The notes under the pieces were generated by a model that searched no databases, had not been told where the DNA came from, and was given only the letters and a program-made list of their open reading frames with translations. A stretch of DNA of 64,000 nt from Nemertoderma westbladi (lineage: Eukaryota; Animalia; Xenacoelomorpha): NCBI GenBank assembly GCA_032718475.1, contig JAUCBJ010008748.1:1-64000 (forward strand), written 5' to 3'. Below are positions 51,931 to 64,000 of this stretch, piece after piece; positions within the stretch are counted from its first letter, which is position 1; each line of letters opens with the position of its first letter. A program made the position numbers and the translations under genes.

Positions 51931-53248
51931 CAGAGTTTATGCGATTATTCGCAACATTCATTCCCCAAGTTTGTTCCTACAATAATTGTGTTTGTTATAC
52001 ATACCGCTATAGTTAAATTAACCCCGGTACTACATGGGCTGCTTGGCGTAGGTAAAGACTGGTGATTTTGTGCACCGGTCACTCCAGCGGATGCCGTGGT
52101 TCTTTTAGCTGTTCAAGTATATTTAACTACTGATTATATGTTGTACAAGTACTCATACCTAATTTAGGGTTTAGTGTACAGTGCTTTCCGAAAGTAATTA
52201 GTGTAGACATTATATTTGTGTTGTAAAGTGGTTGATAGGCACGTTCGATTAGCTCTATTAACTTCTAGGTAGGAACACTCCGTGATACATAACGTAGTAC
52301 CTATAGCGATACGGCTATAGGTCGTCAGGCGGTGGTATTTTCCTATCTGGACAAAGCAGTGTATTTACTACTACGTATTATTTTCAAATACCGCAGTACC
52401 CTGTCCGTTGTAATAACCAGATTCTAACCCTTTGTTAGACTGGTTTGTAGACTTCTTGTAAAATTACCCTGAAAATTCGTATTTTGTGTTTTTTGTAAAT
52501 TTTTGTGTTTATTTAGAGATTGTAATCTCACCCGAATTGTACGTAATTTGTAGTATTAAGTAACTTAGGTAAATTAGCATTATTTGTTTTAGTGTCCTAT
52601 AAGTAACACTTCACTGAAAGCGCACCGCTTTGTGTAGTGATTACTCCCCAGAAATAATAACATTTATTTCAAACATTGACAAAACCCATTAAAACGGGTA
52701 TATATATATTATAAATCAAATCTAACGATTTATAAATAGTAGGCCTACCATCCAACCATTAGGTCTCAATATCAGTTGGACTACTGCTCAAATAACGGTA
52801 ATAAAGTAAATAAAGTAACCAAGTAACCCTAAAATTCAGAAATTCAATTATTTAAAATAATTGATATACCGGTATTTACGATAGGCCTATTATCTTTATT
52901 TCTATAAATTTAGGCTGAAATTATACCGGTACTTGTAATTAATTCTAGTCCAGAATTATATATACTACAAACTGTAAGCTGTATACCGGTATTCCCGATA
53001 GGCCTATTATATATTTATATATATTTGTGCTAAAATTATACCGGTATTCTGTGATAAACCTAGTCTGTAATAATACTTATATAGTTATATATACTATAAA
53101 AGCATACCGGTATTCTAATAGATTATATATATCACGCTACATTGAGTAGTAGTATCGGTAATTAATTACTAGGCTAGCAGTTAATACTGAATTACTAGAC
53201 TTGCTTAGACTGTAATATAGCAGTAGGCATTCAACTGTACACATAAAC

Positions 53249-56200
53249 ATGTCTGATACTAAGCAGAACCTGTCAGACAGTTTATTAGATGTAACTATCT
53301 GTGACTCAGATAGAGGTGTAGAACTGTCTAGATCTAAGTTCAGTTCACCTCCCACTGTGAGGAAGGTCATCCCTCCTGTAGTAATAAAAGAACCTAGGCT
53401 GGTCCAACATCGTAGGTCTATCATAGGCACTCGAGCTCAGGTCAAGCGGGACCAAGAAGCTGCGGAACAGCAACAACCCGTGAGCCAAGAAATTATTTCT
53501 CAGCGGCCCGACAGCTCCAGTAGTGAAGATACTGTAGAACTGACACCCGAGCGCGGAGCAAAGATGACGGATGCGATTTATTCGGATCCCCTTCTCATCC
53601 TTCCTGCAGCCGTACTCACTAGGTTATTGATTGCGGTGGAAGAACACCAGATCGATTGGGCGAGAAGTCAGCGATCAACTAAAGATAGTTATGCGGGATA
53701 CACGAGGGAAGAACTGAAGTCTATTGTCGAGTCGCAATGGAACTTCCCCGGACCCGGACTCCCGTTTGATTTATCAGAAGCTGCCTGGGAAGACATACAC
53801 CGGATGGGAGTAGCCAAGGAAACCATCGATCCAGCTGTGTGGAAGAGGTCCGCAGCCGGATACGCACAGGGATTCTTCAGCTCTATGGAGCGAGTAAAAG
53901 GACAACTGTTTCAACAACCACAAGGACCTCAAGAGCAGGGACAACTGCTTTATCAAGTTAGAGAAAGAATTCTGCGAATCAGGCTAATCTTATCAGCCTT
54001 TGAGGAGGCTTCTAAACGAAGACAAGACACGTCGTTGCAAGTTGCCGTAAAGACTTGGTTTCAACGGGTGAGTCTCCAGGTTCAAGGAACAGCTCAGTGG
54101 AAAGCTCAGCTGGAGGAGCGATCAACCCATGGAGAATCAACAGACGCTACTTTTTCCCAAGTGGAAAGTGAAGCGACGGCAGAGAAACCGCATAAGAGGG
54201 ATGCCATTGACATCTATCTGTCAGACTATCAACGTTTTTTAGGTGATGACGAGTTGAGGAGAAGGTTAGAGGGACTTAGCCCTAATAGTGAAGGAACCAA
54301 GCTTGTGTTGGATGCCATCGATGTGGAAATGAGGGCTGCGAATCAGGCTAAATTTGATGAACAACTCCGCATCACACGAGTCCAAGAAGAACAAGTAAAG
54401 AAAAAACGTATATCAGACAGAAAGAAAGCAGCAGTGGTAGCTGCAGAAGCAGAAAGAAAAGCGGCAGCGGCCGAGGCAAAAGCGGCAGCGACAGAGGCAG
54501 CGGCAGAGGCAAAAGTGGCAGAAGCAGAACGGAAAGCGGCTGAAGAAACCACCCAATTAGAATTGGAAAACATTCAGGAGAATCAAGACTGCATAAATAA
54601 ACAGTTAACAGCTAGTAATATGCAGATGATGAATCGATCTACTCCCAAAAGGCAGGGATATACATCATCTGAGGAAGGCGATACCACCGATACTGAAGGC
54701 AAAGGAAATAGATCTCGTCTAAGCAGATGTAAAAGAACGTTCCACCGTCAGAAATTGCCTGATTTGCCTCCAGCTGTTAGAAGGCAACTAAATAACACCA
54801 ACTTAGGTAGTACAGAGCCCACAGACCAAATAATTAAAATAGAAAGACTCCCTACTATAATAGATGAGCCTGAAATAATTAGGCCTGTTCTTGAAATCAC
54901 CCCTTCGGTGATAGACACACCTGTGCTCCCTGAAACTACCTCTAAATTCCCTCTGCATAGCACTAAGCTACCTGTGCCCAGTAGAACTGCCCAGGAGACA
55001 GTTCAGGTCCTGGACCCCGAGCGAAATATTCATGATTTGTCGCCCGTTGTCCCTCGTCCGCCCGCTACAACGTTGGCGACTCCCGCTTCGGCGGTCGAAT
55101 GGGTGGACGAGAGACGACGGGGGATGGATCTCCTGCTCGGACAGATGCAGGAGACTGTTCAACAATTCAAAGGCACAGTAAGGGAAAGTAGGCTAGAGTT
55201 GCAAGAAGTGCAGCAAAGTATCGCGCTAGAACGCGATAAATTAGTAAATGCACAAAAGGGTATACCACCACCCTCTGTAACAATGTGTCAACCTGTTAGG
55301 TCTTAAGTATCGCATGCGCAAGGTGTGGAGCCTACACGCATCTATACTGCTAGCGAAGTAGAAACTCCTATAGTGAACCCTATTAAGGGTAATTATAGAC
55401 CTGTTGATAATGATATTCCATATAGAACGGATCATAATCCGAGAAATTTATATACCGATAACTCGATATTAAATAACACGATGGCCCAAGAAAGTTTTAC
55501 GCGTCAAATGGCTAGAACCGAAGCCCGGCAAGCTGTAAAGGTGGGAGAGATCGTCAAGTTCAATGGAGATGAGATGAAATGGTTACCTTTTAATGAATAT
55601 TACAAAGATAACATACAGAACTCTGTGCTATCTAATGGAGAGAAACTAAGATTCCTCATCGAATGCTTGGAAGGATCTCCCAAGTTAATGGCGTTAAAGT
55701 TTATTGGACATCCAGACGGATTAAGACAAGTTTGGGATACACTTAACATCAGGTATGGTAATAGGAATAACATAGCTGGGTATTTGTATGCAAAGTTGGT
55801 AGCGCCCCGAAAGTTTATTAGCAGCGGAATTATAGAGTTTTCTGATGAGATTCAGGAGATCTGCAGACAATTAGATTGGCTAGGTAAGTCTCATGAGTAT
55901 CAGAACACTATGGTTATTAGAGCAGTAGCTTCTACTTTACCGAAGGGTGGAGTAGGCACACACTGGGATAAGAAAGTGTTATATATGATGGAACAACAAC
56001 GAAGAGACCCTACCATGGCTGATCTCATGTCATTCCTAGATGGAGAAGTGAAATTACAGCTCCTGAAACTGTCCAGAGAGAAGACACCGGAAAACAAGGT
56101 AAGTGAAAAACCCGTCGCTAGGAGAAAGGTAACACCAGTGTGTTATACAGATGATGGCGAAAGCCAGACTTCTCAAGGAGAAGATAGCGGGAAAGACACT

Positions 56201-59200
56201 GACCGCGCTTATTACGTAAATAAAATGCCTAGAGATCAGGTAAGTAAATTTAAGTCTCGATCCAATGACAAGAGAGAACAGGTAAGAAAAACTCCTCCTA
56301 CGTCTCCCAAGCGAATTCAGGTGAGAAAGCCCGAAGAAAGAATGAGAGTGCACACTGTCACCCAAAATAAGTTAAGTAACATCAAACCGAAATGTGCGCT
56401 GTGTGACGGGACCCACCGTTTGAATATGTGTGATGAATTCCTGAAGAAGTCATTAACGGAGAGACGCGAAGTCATGTGGGATAAGCGGTTATGTTATAAT
56501 TGCCTCAGACAAGGACACCAACGGCGAACCTGTTACTCTGACATAAGGTGTGCAAAGTGTGGTGCGAAACATCATATCTTGTTGCACGCTGAATTCGATC
56601 GAAATAGTCCTAATCAGGTAAGTGATTCCGAACTACATGTCCAATTCAGTGATGTGAACGACACTGATCAATCTGAGATGGAAGGATTCTATACGGACGA
56701 GTTCTCCGACGAAAACGAATCTTGTTACATGATAAATACCGCAGTGTATCGAGCACTCACATATGAAAAAGATACAGACAGCGACCTCACTCTAACTACT
56801 TCTGAGCGACAACCATCTTGGAAAGAGCCATCTTCCAATGTAGGGATCCGAGAGTTTCCTGTGGTGCAGGTAAGGGTTCACGGACCTAAACGGAGTTATG
56901 TAGTGAACGCCCTCCTGGACTCCGGCAGCACAGGAACATTCATTGATAAAGAACTAGCCGAAGACATATTCGATGGACAACCCAAGTTCCGAACTAAGCT
57001 CAACATGTCAGGAATTATGCAAGTTTGGAAATCTACAATAACAGCGGATTATTATGTAGGAGCGTTGTCCACCCCCCAGGACGAACTAGGAGAACATAGC
57101 ATAAGGTCAGTGAAAATGGTGGCTATAAAGAACTTCGCTACTACTCAAGCAGACCTTTATAATTGGGACGAGGATGAGAGCATCCAACATCTTAAGATAC
57201 CTCGATTCCAGACTGATTATCCTGGAGTGCAAATACTCATCGGCCAAAATGCGCATGAGGCGCTCGAGACATTGGAGAAACGGCCTGCTCAACCGCAGCC
57301 ACTACAGACCTATGCGGTAAGAACTAGAGTAGGTTGGTACTTTACTGGCCCTTCCCGTAGAACACTCAGAGAAAGATTACCGCAAGAGCTCGTCTGCCAA
57401 GTGAGTGAATGGGAAGATGATACTAGTGAGGGAGACGATTTAACTGAGGGAACTCCATACTCCTCAGATAACGACGACGTTCACCAGCTTTTTGATGAGG
57501 AGAATACCATCGATCTCCTTAAGGAAAACGAGGCTTGGCAAAACCAACTGAACTTATGTCAACTTCTCTATCCATCTGAACGAGAAGCTTATAACGACGA
57601 GTTAAATGACGTCATTGAGCGTTGCAATGCCAAGACTCGAGATGAACATGCCGTACGATTCTTTACGCAAGAGGCGGTAGAGCCCAATTCCTACGATAAA
57701 GCCTTGTCGGTGGAAGAGGAAAAGGCCAAGCAGATCCAAGAGACAACTACACGTTTCCTCAAAGATCAAGGTAGGTATGAAGTCGGTCTACCTTTCCGCA
57801 AGAGAGAACCGAAGTTCATCAATAACAGACCCTTGGCGGAAAAAAGAATCGCGCAACTCCATCGACGCCTTACGGCTAATTCTTCAGCTAAAGAAATGTA
57901 TCAAACACAGCTGGAGAAATTTATTAGTAAGGGATACGCGGAGAGAGTACCGGAAGAAACACCTGTGACTGAAAGAACGTATTACTTAACTCACCATTAC
58001 GTTCCTAAACCCGGTAAACCACATGAAGTGAGAGTAGTGTTTGATGGCTCCGCTCTTTACATGGGTCAATCCCTTAACTCTGAATTGTTACCAGGACCCA
58101 ACTTACTTCAATCTTTGTTGGGAATTCTTTTAAGATTGAGACAATATTCGATTGCTTTTGCCTCCGATATAGAAGGCATGTTCTTGCAAGTCAAAGTGTT
58201 GGATAGGGATCGAGATAGCCTACGATTTCTATGGTGGCCCGAAGGAGACCTCAACCAGAAACCGGTGGAGTATTGGATGACCATCCAGGCCTTTGGGATA
58301 ATCTCAAGCCCTTCCAACGCCTGTTCGGTAGTGCGTACCACTGCAGAGGACAACCGAGAGGCCTTCTCTAAGGAAGTGATCGACAACATCAAGAGGGACA
58401 TATACATGGACGACAATCTGAAGTCCCTTCCATCAGTTGAGGAAGCCATTGAGGTCGCTAAAGGAACGGTAGAGTGCTTAAAAAGAGGTGGGTTTCGATT
58501 AACGAAATTCACCAGCAACTCCCGTGAGTTTCTGGAGTCGATCCCTGCGGAAGATCGAGGGGCGAAAGATCTAGATTTGATCAAAGATGATCTGCCAGAA
58601 ACCAAGACACTCGGCTTGAAATGGGACACAGAGCGAGATATCCTGTTTTTCCAGCTAAAACAGCGAGATAATCCAGTTCGAACCAAACGGATTTGCTTAA
58701 GTATACTGAGCACTTATTTCGATCCATTGGGATTTATTAGCCCAGTTATATTGATTGCTCGTAGTTTGGTACAACAAATGTGGCTTGAAAACCACTCATG
58801 GGACGATCCACTTAAGGGAGAATTATTGAAGAAGTGGATGAAATGGGAAGATTCTCTGCCGGCTATCGAGGATTTTATAATTTCCCGTTCATATTTTGGT
58901 CATGTTCTCCCTACGTATTCCTATCAACTCCATGTGTTTGGAGACGCCAGCGATATGGGAATAGGTATAGTAGCCTATCTAAGAGTGGAAACTCCGGATG
59001 GAATCAAAGTCGCCTTGGTTACTTCTAAGGCATTAATCAACAACAAGTTGAAAGTTCCTCGAGCGGAGTTAAAAGCGGCTCTATACGCTACAGCCATCGG
59101 CCGGAATGTAACAGAACAGATTGACTATCCATTAGAGAAAACTGTCTATTGGACCGACGCTTTACTCGTGTTAGAGTATATCACCAATGAAGTCTGTCAG

Positions 59201-61243
59201 TTCAGCGTCTTCGTTACCAACAGAGTAGCCATCATACTTAGTCGCACGACGATGGACCAATGGAGACATTGCCCCGGAACGATTAATCCAGCAGACATCG
59301 CTTCCCGAGGAGCGACTCCAAAGGAATTGGTAAATACTCCCGAATGGTTAGGTGGACCCGACTTTCTCTACAGAGAAGAAGAAGAATGGCCTCCACATCT
59401 CACAACAGCAGAGATCAGACAGGCCAAGGGAGCGGAGAAAGTTAAACCCAAAACTCGAGCGAGTAAATCGAAGTTGTTTAAACCTGCGGTTGATCTATCT
59501 GTATTATTTACTTCCGGAGAGGATGCTTTGGATCAGAAACCCGCAGCCACGGATAAAGAAGTCTTAGAAATCCGTGACAAGGATTGGAAATCTGGAATAC
59601 CAGATATTTCGCAAGGACTCTCACCTCTCCTGCAGAGAGTGATACGTCATTACAGTTCCTGGAATCGGCTCTGTAAAGCCGTCACCTATTTAAAACGATG
59701 TTTTCATCATCGTTACTCCGGGACAAAGACCAATAGTGATGATGCTCCATCAACATCTGCAAGAGTCCATGTTGTTAAAGATCTTCCTAAATATAAGATA
59801 TCCGACAGGTTTCTAAAGGAGAAGATCAATTACCAGGAGCATGATGAAACCAACAAACAGATGCTGAGACTCCTACAATGCTATGAGGATCCCGATAAGT
59901 ATTTCCTGTTGTTAAGAAATCCGCAGATGCGCTTAAGGGATCGCTTCTCTAGTACCATGATAGATGGGTTAATACGTGTTGGAGGCAGGCTCACCAACGC
60001 CCCCTTATCCTTTGACACTAAGTTTCCCATACTCATTAGAAATCTTGACATACAAATCAAGATGATTGTAGATGTTCATAGCAAACTGTATCAAGCTGGA
60101 AGAGAACGAGTTCTGAGCGAAATTCGAACTCGCTTCTATTTTTATAAACCCCGTAGGGCTCTGAACCAAGTCCTTAGGAACTGCATACCCTGTAGGAAAG
60201 CATTCAGTAGGCCTTTGACACAGCGAGAGGCAGAATTACCTAGGGAAAGAGTAAGCTTCTATGAACCACCCTTTACTAATACCGGTGTGGATTTATTTGG
60301 CCCTATTGAAGTATGTATGACTTGTAGAGCTATCCATCTCGATATGGTAAACGATCTATCCACCAACAGCTTCGTGTTGAGTTTACGACGACAGATCGCT
60401 CGCTTCGGAACCAGTAACACGATGAGATCGGATAAGGGAACGAACTTCATTGGCGCCAACAACGAAATTCAAGCTTACGTAAAGGACTGGAACAAAAGAC
60501 AGGTGGACGATCAGCTAAAGATAACAGCGTCTAGCTGGAACTTCAACGCCGCCGACGCCCCTTGGTGGGGAGGAAGTTGGGAGAGATTGATTAGGAGCGT
60601 GAAGACTGCGTTCCACTTTATTGTACCTTGTCGCGCTTATCTCACCGACGAACTATTGCGGACGTTAATGGAGGAAATCGCCGCCTACCTCAACGAAAGA
60701 CCGCTTATGCCAGTCTCTTCAAGTCCTGATTCCCTGGAAGCGCTAACACCCGCGCACTTTCTACTGTAGAAACCCGTAGCCATGCTCCCACGATCGGAGA
60801 TCACAGACGGAGACGAGTACTGCCGTCGAACCTGGCAACTTATGCAGTTGCTATCCCGTCGTTTCACTGACCATTTAGAGAAACATTACCTGCCCACTCT
60901 ACAACTTCGAACTAAGTGGTTTGCGCAGCAAGAAAACGTCAGCGCTGAAGACATGGTGCTTATTGTGGACCCCGATCTCCCACGTAAGCGATGGCAAACA
61001 GGACGTATCATCGAGACTCATATCTCGAGTGATGGTTTGGTGCGAACAGTAGAGCTCGTCGTCATGCGGCGTAACTTTAAGAAACCAGGGATAGTCTTTG
61101 AGACTCAACAGCTTAATCGCCCAGTGGGTCGTTTATGTTTACTGGAAAGAGACAGAGAGCTCTCCGGAAACTATGGAAGGCAAGAAACTCTTCCCACGAC
61201 CACTTCCCTAATCCAACCGACATCTAGGGACTCCCCAACTTAA
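53249..61243 (+). pseudogene. gag-pol: BEL-B gag-pol: one 2665-codon frame with two in-frame stops (55304-55306, 60767-60769)
   Basis: All three ORFs share one frame; KFNGDEMKW, three knuckles, LLDSGS, DIEGMF, YMDD, FGDAS, NPAD, GVDLFGP, SDKGTNF, WERLI; ~14-codon deletion after GPIEV relative to BEL-A. Confidence 0.96.
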
Positions 61244-62893
61244 TATCGTTCGGAGTGGGCGTGTGACTCTATTATTTTATATTATTTTATTATTTTTATA
61301 TTTATGTATGTATTACTCTGTAATTTTATTATAATCGTTTTATTTAATTTACTAGAATATTATTTAGCGATTATTTAGTAGAATAGTGCAATATGTTCAT
61401 GTTTATTGCGTACGTAATTACTTATATTATATTTAGTGTGACGGTGAGAAACAAGTGTTTTTCTCTTTCCTTACTGTCCGTATTATATTATAAATACGTA
61501 ACTACAGTAAGATGAAATGTCCGTACTTATTAAAGTACAATAAAGCCACTACTATATTTAAGTATTATTGGTAGGCAGAGTATTAGGAATGCGAAGTTCA
61601 GATCCTCGTGTCTCGGCTAAACCAAGCTCTGGGTAGACCTTGGAAACGACTTGCCTCTTCACACTGACATTGCTTCGTGCGATATTGCTCTCATACCGTA
61701 TATTAAATAATACATATAGTAGCGTGATGTCCCTTTAACAGTAGCGTATAACGCAAAATAAATCTGTTAAACCCTTTGACCATCTGCAATTCTAGTCGAT
61801 TAAGATATCGCGGCACCCACCGATATACTTGAAAGACAAATTTTAGAATCAGTGGTTAACGTCCCCAGACAAGTTCTGGAATAAATCGGTGCCCATCTCA
61901 AATATTAATTATTTAATATTTGTAAATCCAATAAATCAAAATCTGTAAAATTCAGATCCTTCAACAATTCTAGTCAATTAAGATATCGTAGCATTTACCG
62001 ATATTCTTAAAAGGACAATTTTCATAGAATTAAGGATCTTGTGTCCCCAGACATGTTCTAGACTCAAAATATGTCCATTTAATTATAAAATAATAAAATT
62101 TCAGGGAATAAATTTAAATTCATGCCTTTTAATGAATTTAATAAATTGCCATTTTTACGCAATTTATAACATTCCCAAAATTCCATTAATTAATAGATCA
62201 AGGGAGCGGAGATTTATCTATTATGCGTATGAGTGTGCGAAAGTCTCCCAAACATAGTCAATAGCCGATAAAATTCATAAAGTCATGTATCAAACAGGAC
62301 ATTGACTATTAAAGAATTACTATTAAATAACATCCCAGATCTGTATGCATTGGAATTACCCTAATTCTACCGCTAGCTTTACATAATGTCACCATAGCAA
62401 CAACCACGCTAGAATTAGAATTGAGTTAAAAGAACAATAGAAAGCTTGTCCCATTGAATAGCATAGGGAATAAATCGCGCACTGCTAGTATCCAAGGATA
62501 CATAATAATACAGTGACATTCTGGAAGGCATTGACTAACGGACAAATGGCCCGAATGTGCGTAGTTGTGACCAGTTGTGTGGTATTTGGGAGTTTATAGG
62601 TGAATGTTACTGCTAAAGTGTGTTTACAGTAGCTAGTCGCAATCGTGAAAGTAACCTAACTCTCCAAGGAAAACCTGAAGTACATCTAAGCCTTTGGGAC
62701 GGACAGTGGAGTGACTTGTGCCGGTTATCGTTGTCGTTGTACGGCTACGTCGTTGGCGAAAGTACAGCGACAGCGGTATATCGGCGCTGAGGATCTCACA
62801 CTGTCCGGGGGCAAGGGAGAAGTAGGCAGCGATGCCCGCTCGCCTAATAAATATATAAACTCATTATAATGTTGGTGAACTCGTATAGCAGAT

Positions 62894-63292
62894 ATGACTG
62901 AATTAATAGAAGATGATCTTGGTATCAGGGAGAGATATACTCTACCTTTACAAGCGTTTGTCGATAGCTTGATACGCGGCGACGCTGATCCAACTACTAC
63001 GGAGGACAATGGTCGTTATATCGAACCGCCAATGTCCCAGGAGCAACTTACGCGTGAATTGGACTATAGAAAATTCACTGCTCGTTATACGCATCGTAAT
63101 GGTACATATATGGACTTCTTGACTACTGGTCATCCTATTGATTTACACGACACAGACGATGTCGACACCGAGAGGGAAATAGTTTTATTTAAATATCATA
63201 CCCAGCGGAGTCGAAACGATAAATCGAGAATAGAACACGAGAACTCTATTCGAAATCAGCTCGAAAGAAAGGACGTGGAAGAAGGCTTGTAA
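62894..63292 (+). CDS. Hypothetical 132-aa acidic protein in the post-pol region of BEL-B
   Basis: Open ATG-to-TAA frame with protein-like composition; TATATAAA at ~62852; no recognisable domain. Confidence 0.4.
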   Translation: MTELIEDDLGIRERYTLPLQAFVDSLIRGDADPTTTEDNGRYIEPPMSQEQLTRELDYRKFTARYTHRNGTYMDFLTTGHPIDLHDTDDVDTEREIVLFKYHTQRSRNDKSRIEHENSIRNQLERKDVEEGL

Positions 63293-64000
63293 AGACAAAT
63301 ATAGGCGAACCACTGGAGAGGAGACATGTGTTAATGTCCAGGGTCCATAATGTGAATAGTTTTCCCCGGGGCACGGGTGCTCGCGGGCGGTCTCCTTCGG
63401 GAGGCTGTAAATTTCTCTTCCTTCATCGTTTTCCTGTAATTATTGTGATCAGTGTCACAATTAAAAGACAAGAATGAATGATGACGTAACGGAAAGCTCG
63501 TCCATTATGGTATCTTATGGATACTACCATATATCCTTCCTCCTCTTTACTCCCTTTATCCCTCTATACATCGCTATTGAAAATACAACATACTTCGCCA
63601 CACCTTCTCTTCCCAACGCGCTCGGAGCTTCGGGAAACGATCACTAAACCTCCCATCCTTTACTGTTTATTTGTATGCTAATATTGGTGTCCGCACCTCC
63701 TGTCCCTGTACCATTCTGTTGATATTTATGATATCAACTTTCACCATTGTTGTTGATTTGATTAGAAAATCAACCACTTCCTAGTTTCCTCAAGTCCACA
63801 ACCGTGATACAAGGACTGAAAGGACACGCGGATAGTTTGTGAACAACTGGTACCATTATGTGTCATAAATCTGGTTGTTCACCTCCCTCAATGATTGGAG
63901 ATATAAATCTTATAATCTTATGTAGAACAACTGAGGCATTGAACTGGTTGTTCCCTCATCGCACTGGGGATAAATTCAGTTGGAGATAGTCCTCGAATGT

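Larger units (their letters stand above)
50454..64000 (+). mobile_element. Large BEL/Pao element (BEL-B); 5' boundary tentative, 3' LTR not in window
   Basis: Near-complete gag-pol related to BEL-A. TGTGACT at 50454 is taken as the LTR start only because it matches the PPT-adjacent TGTGACT at 61262; no TSD check is possible. Confidence 0.75.

Noticed and set aside
63478-63500. Hammerhead ribozyme (ATGATGA-CGTAACG-GAAA)
   Set aside because: Lacks the conserved C of CUGANGA and no stems I and III can be formed; other CTGATGA hits lie in coding sequence or lack a suitable GAAA.

Overview
AT-rich animal (probably invertebrate) genomic DNA made almost entirely of nested, mostly decayed transposable elements; no host protein-coding gene is recognisable. 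From left to right: (1) a Polinton/Maverick remnant (1-8172: protein-primed PolB, a TATA-binding-protein-like gene, a conserved small ORF, integrase, minor capsid), interrupted by a CCC...GGG DNA transposon that itself holds two minisatellites, a tRNA-headed SINE and a Harbinger-type MITE; (2) a 734-bp tandem duplication hit by a 5'-truncated RTE LINE (12-bp TSD), which was in turn hit by a complete 15.7-kb BEL/Pao LTR retrotransposon (BEL-A; 2.17-kb LTRs, 5-bp TSD); (3) a duplicated ~3-4 kb block with RTE fragments in both orientations, plus a TIR element and satellites; (4) four more BEL/Pao elements or remnants, the last running off the window. Most notable: BEL elements with no tRNA-CCA primer-binding site but a shared ACA|GTAAA hairpin leader; a second polypurine tract followed by ~2.6 kb of extra structured, ORF-bearing sequence after pol; a Polinton TBP-fold gene; and many probable Tc1/mariner excision footprints. 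All calls come from manual motif reading; no searches or alignments were run.
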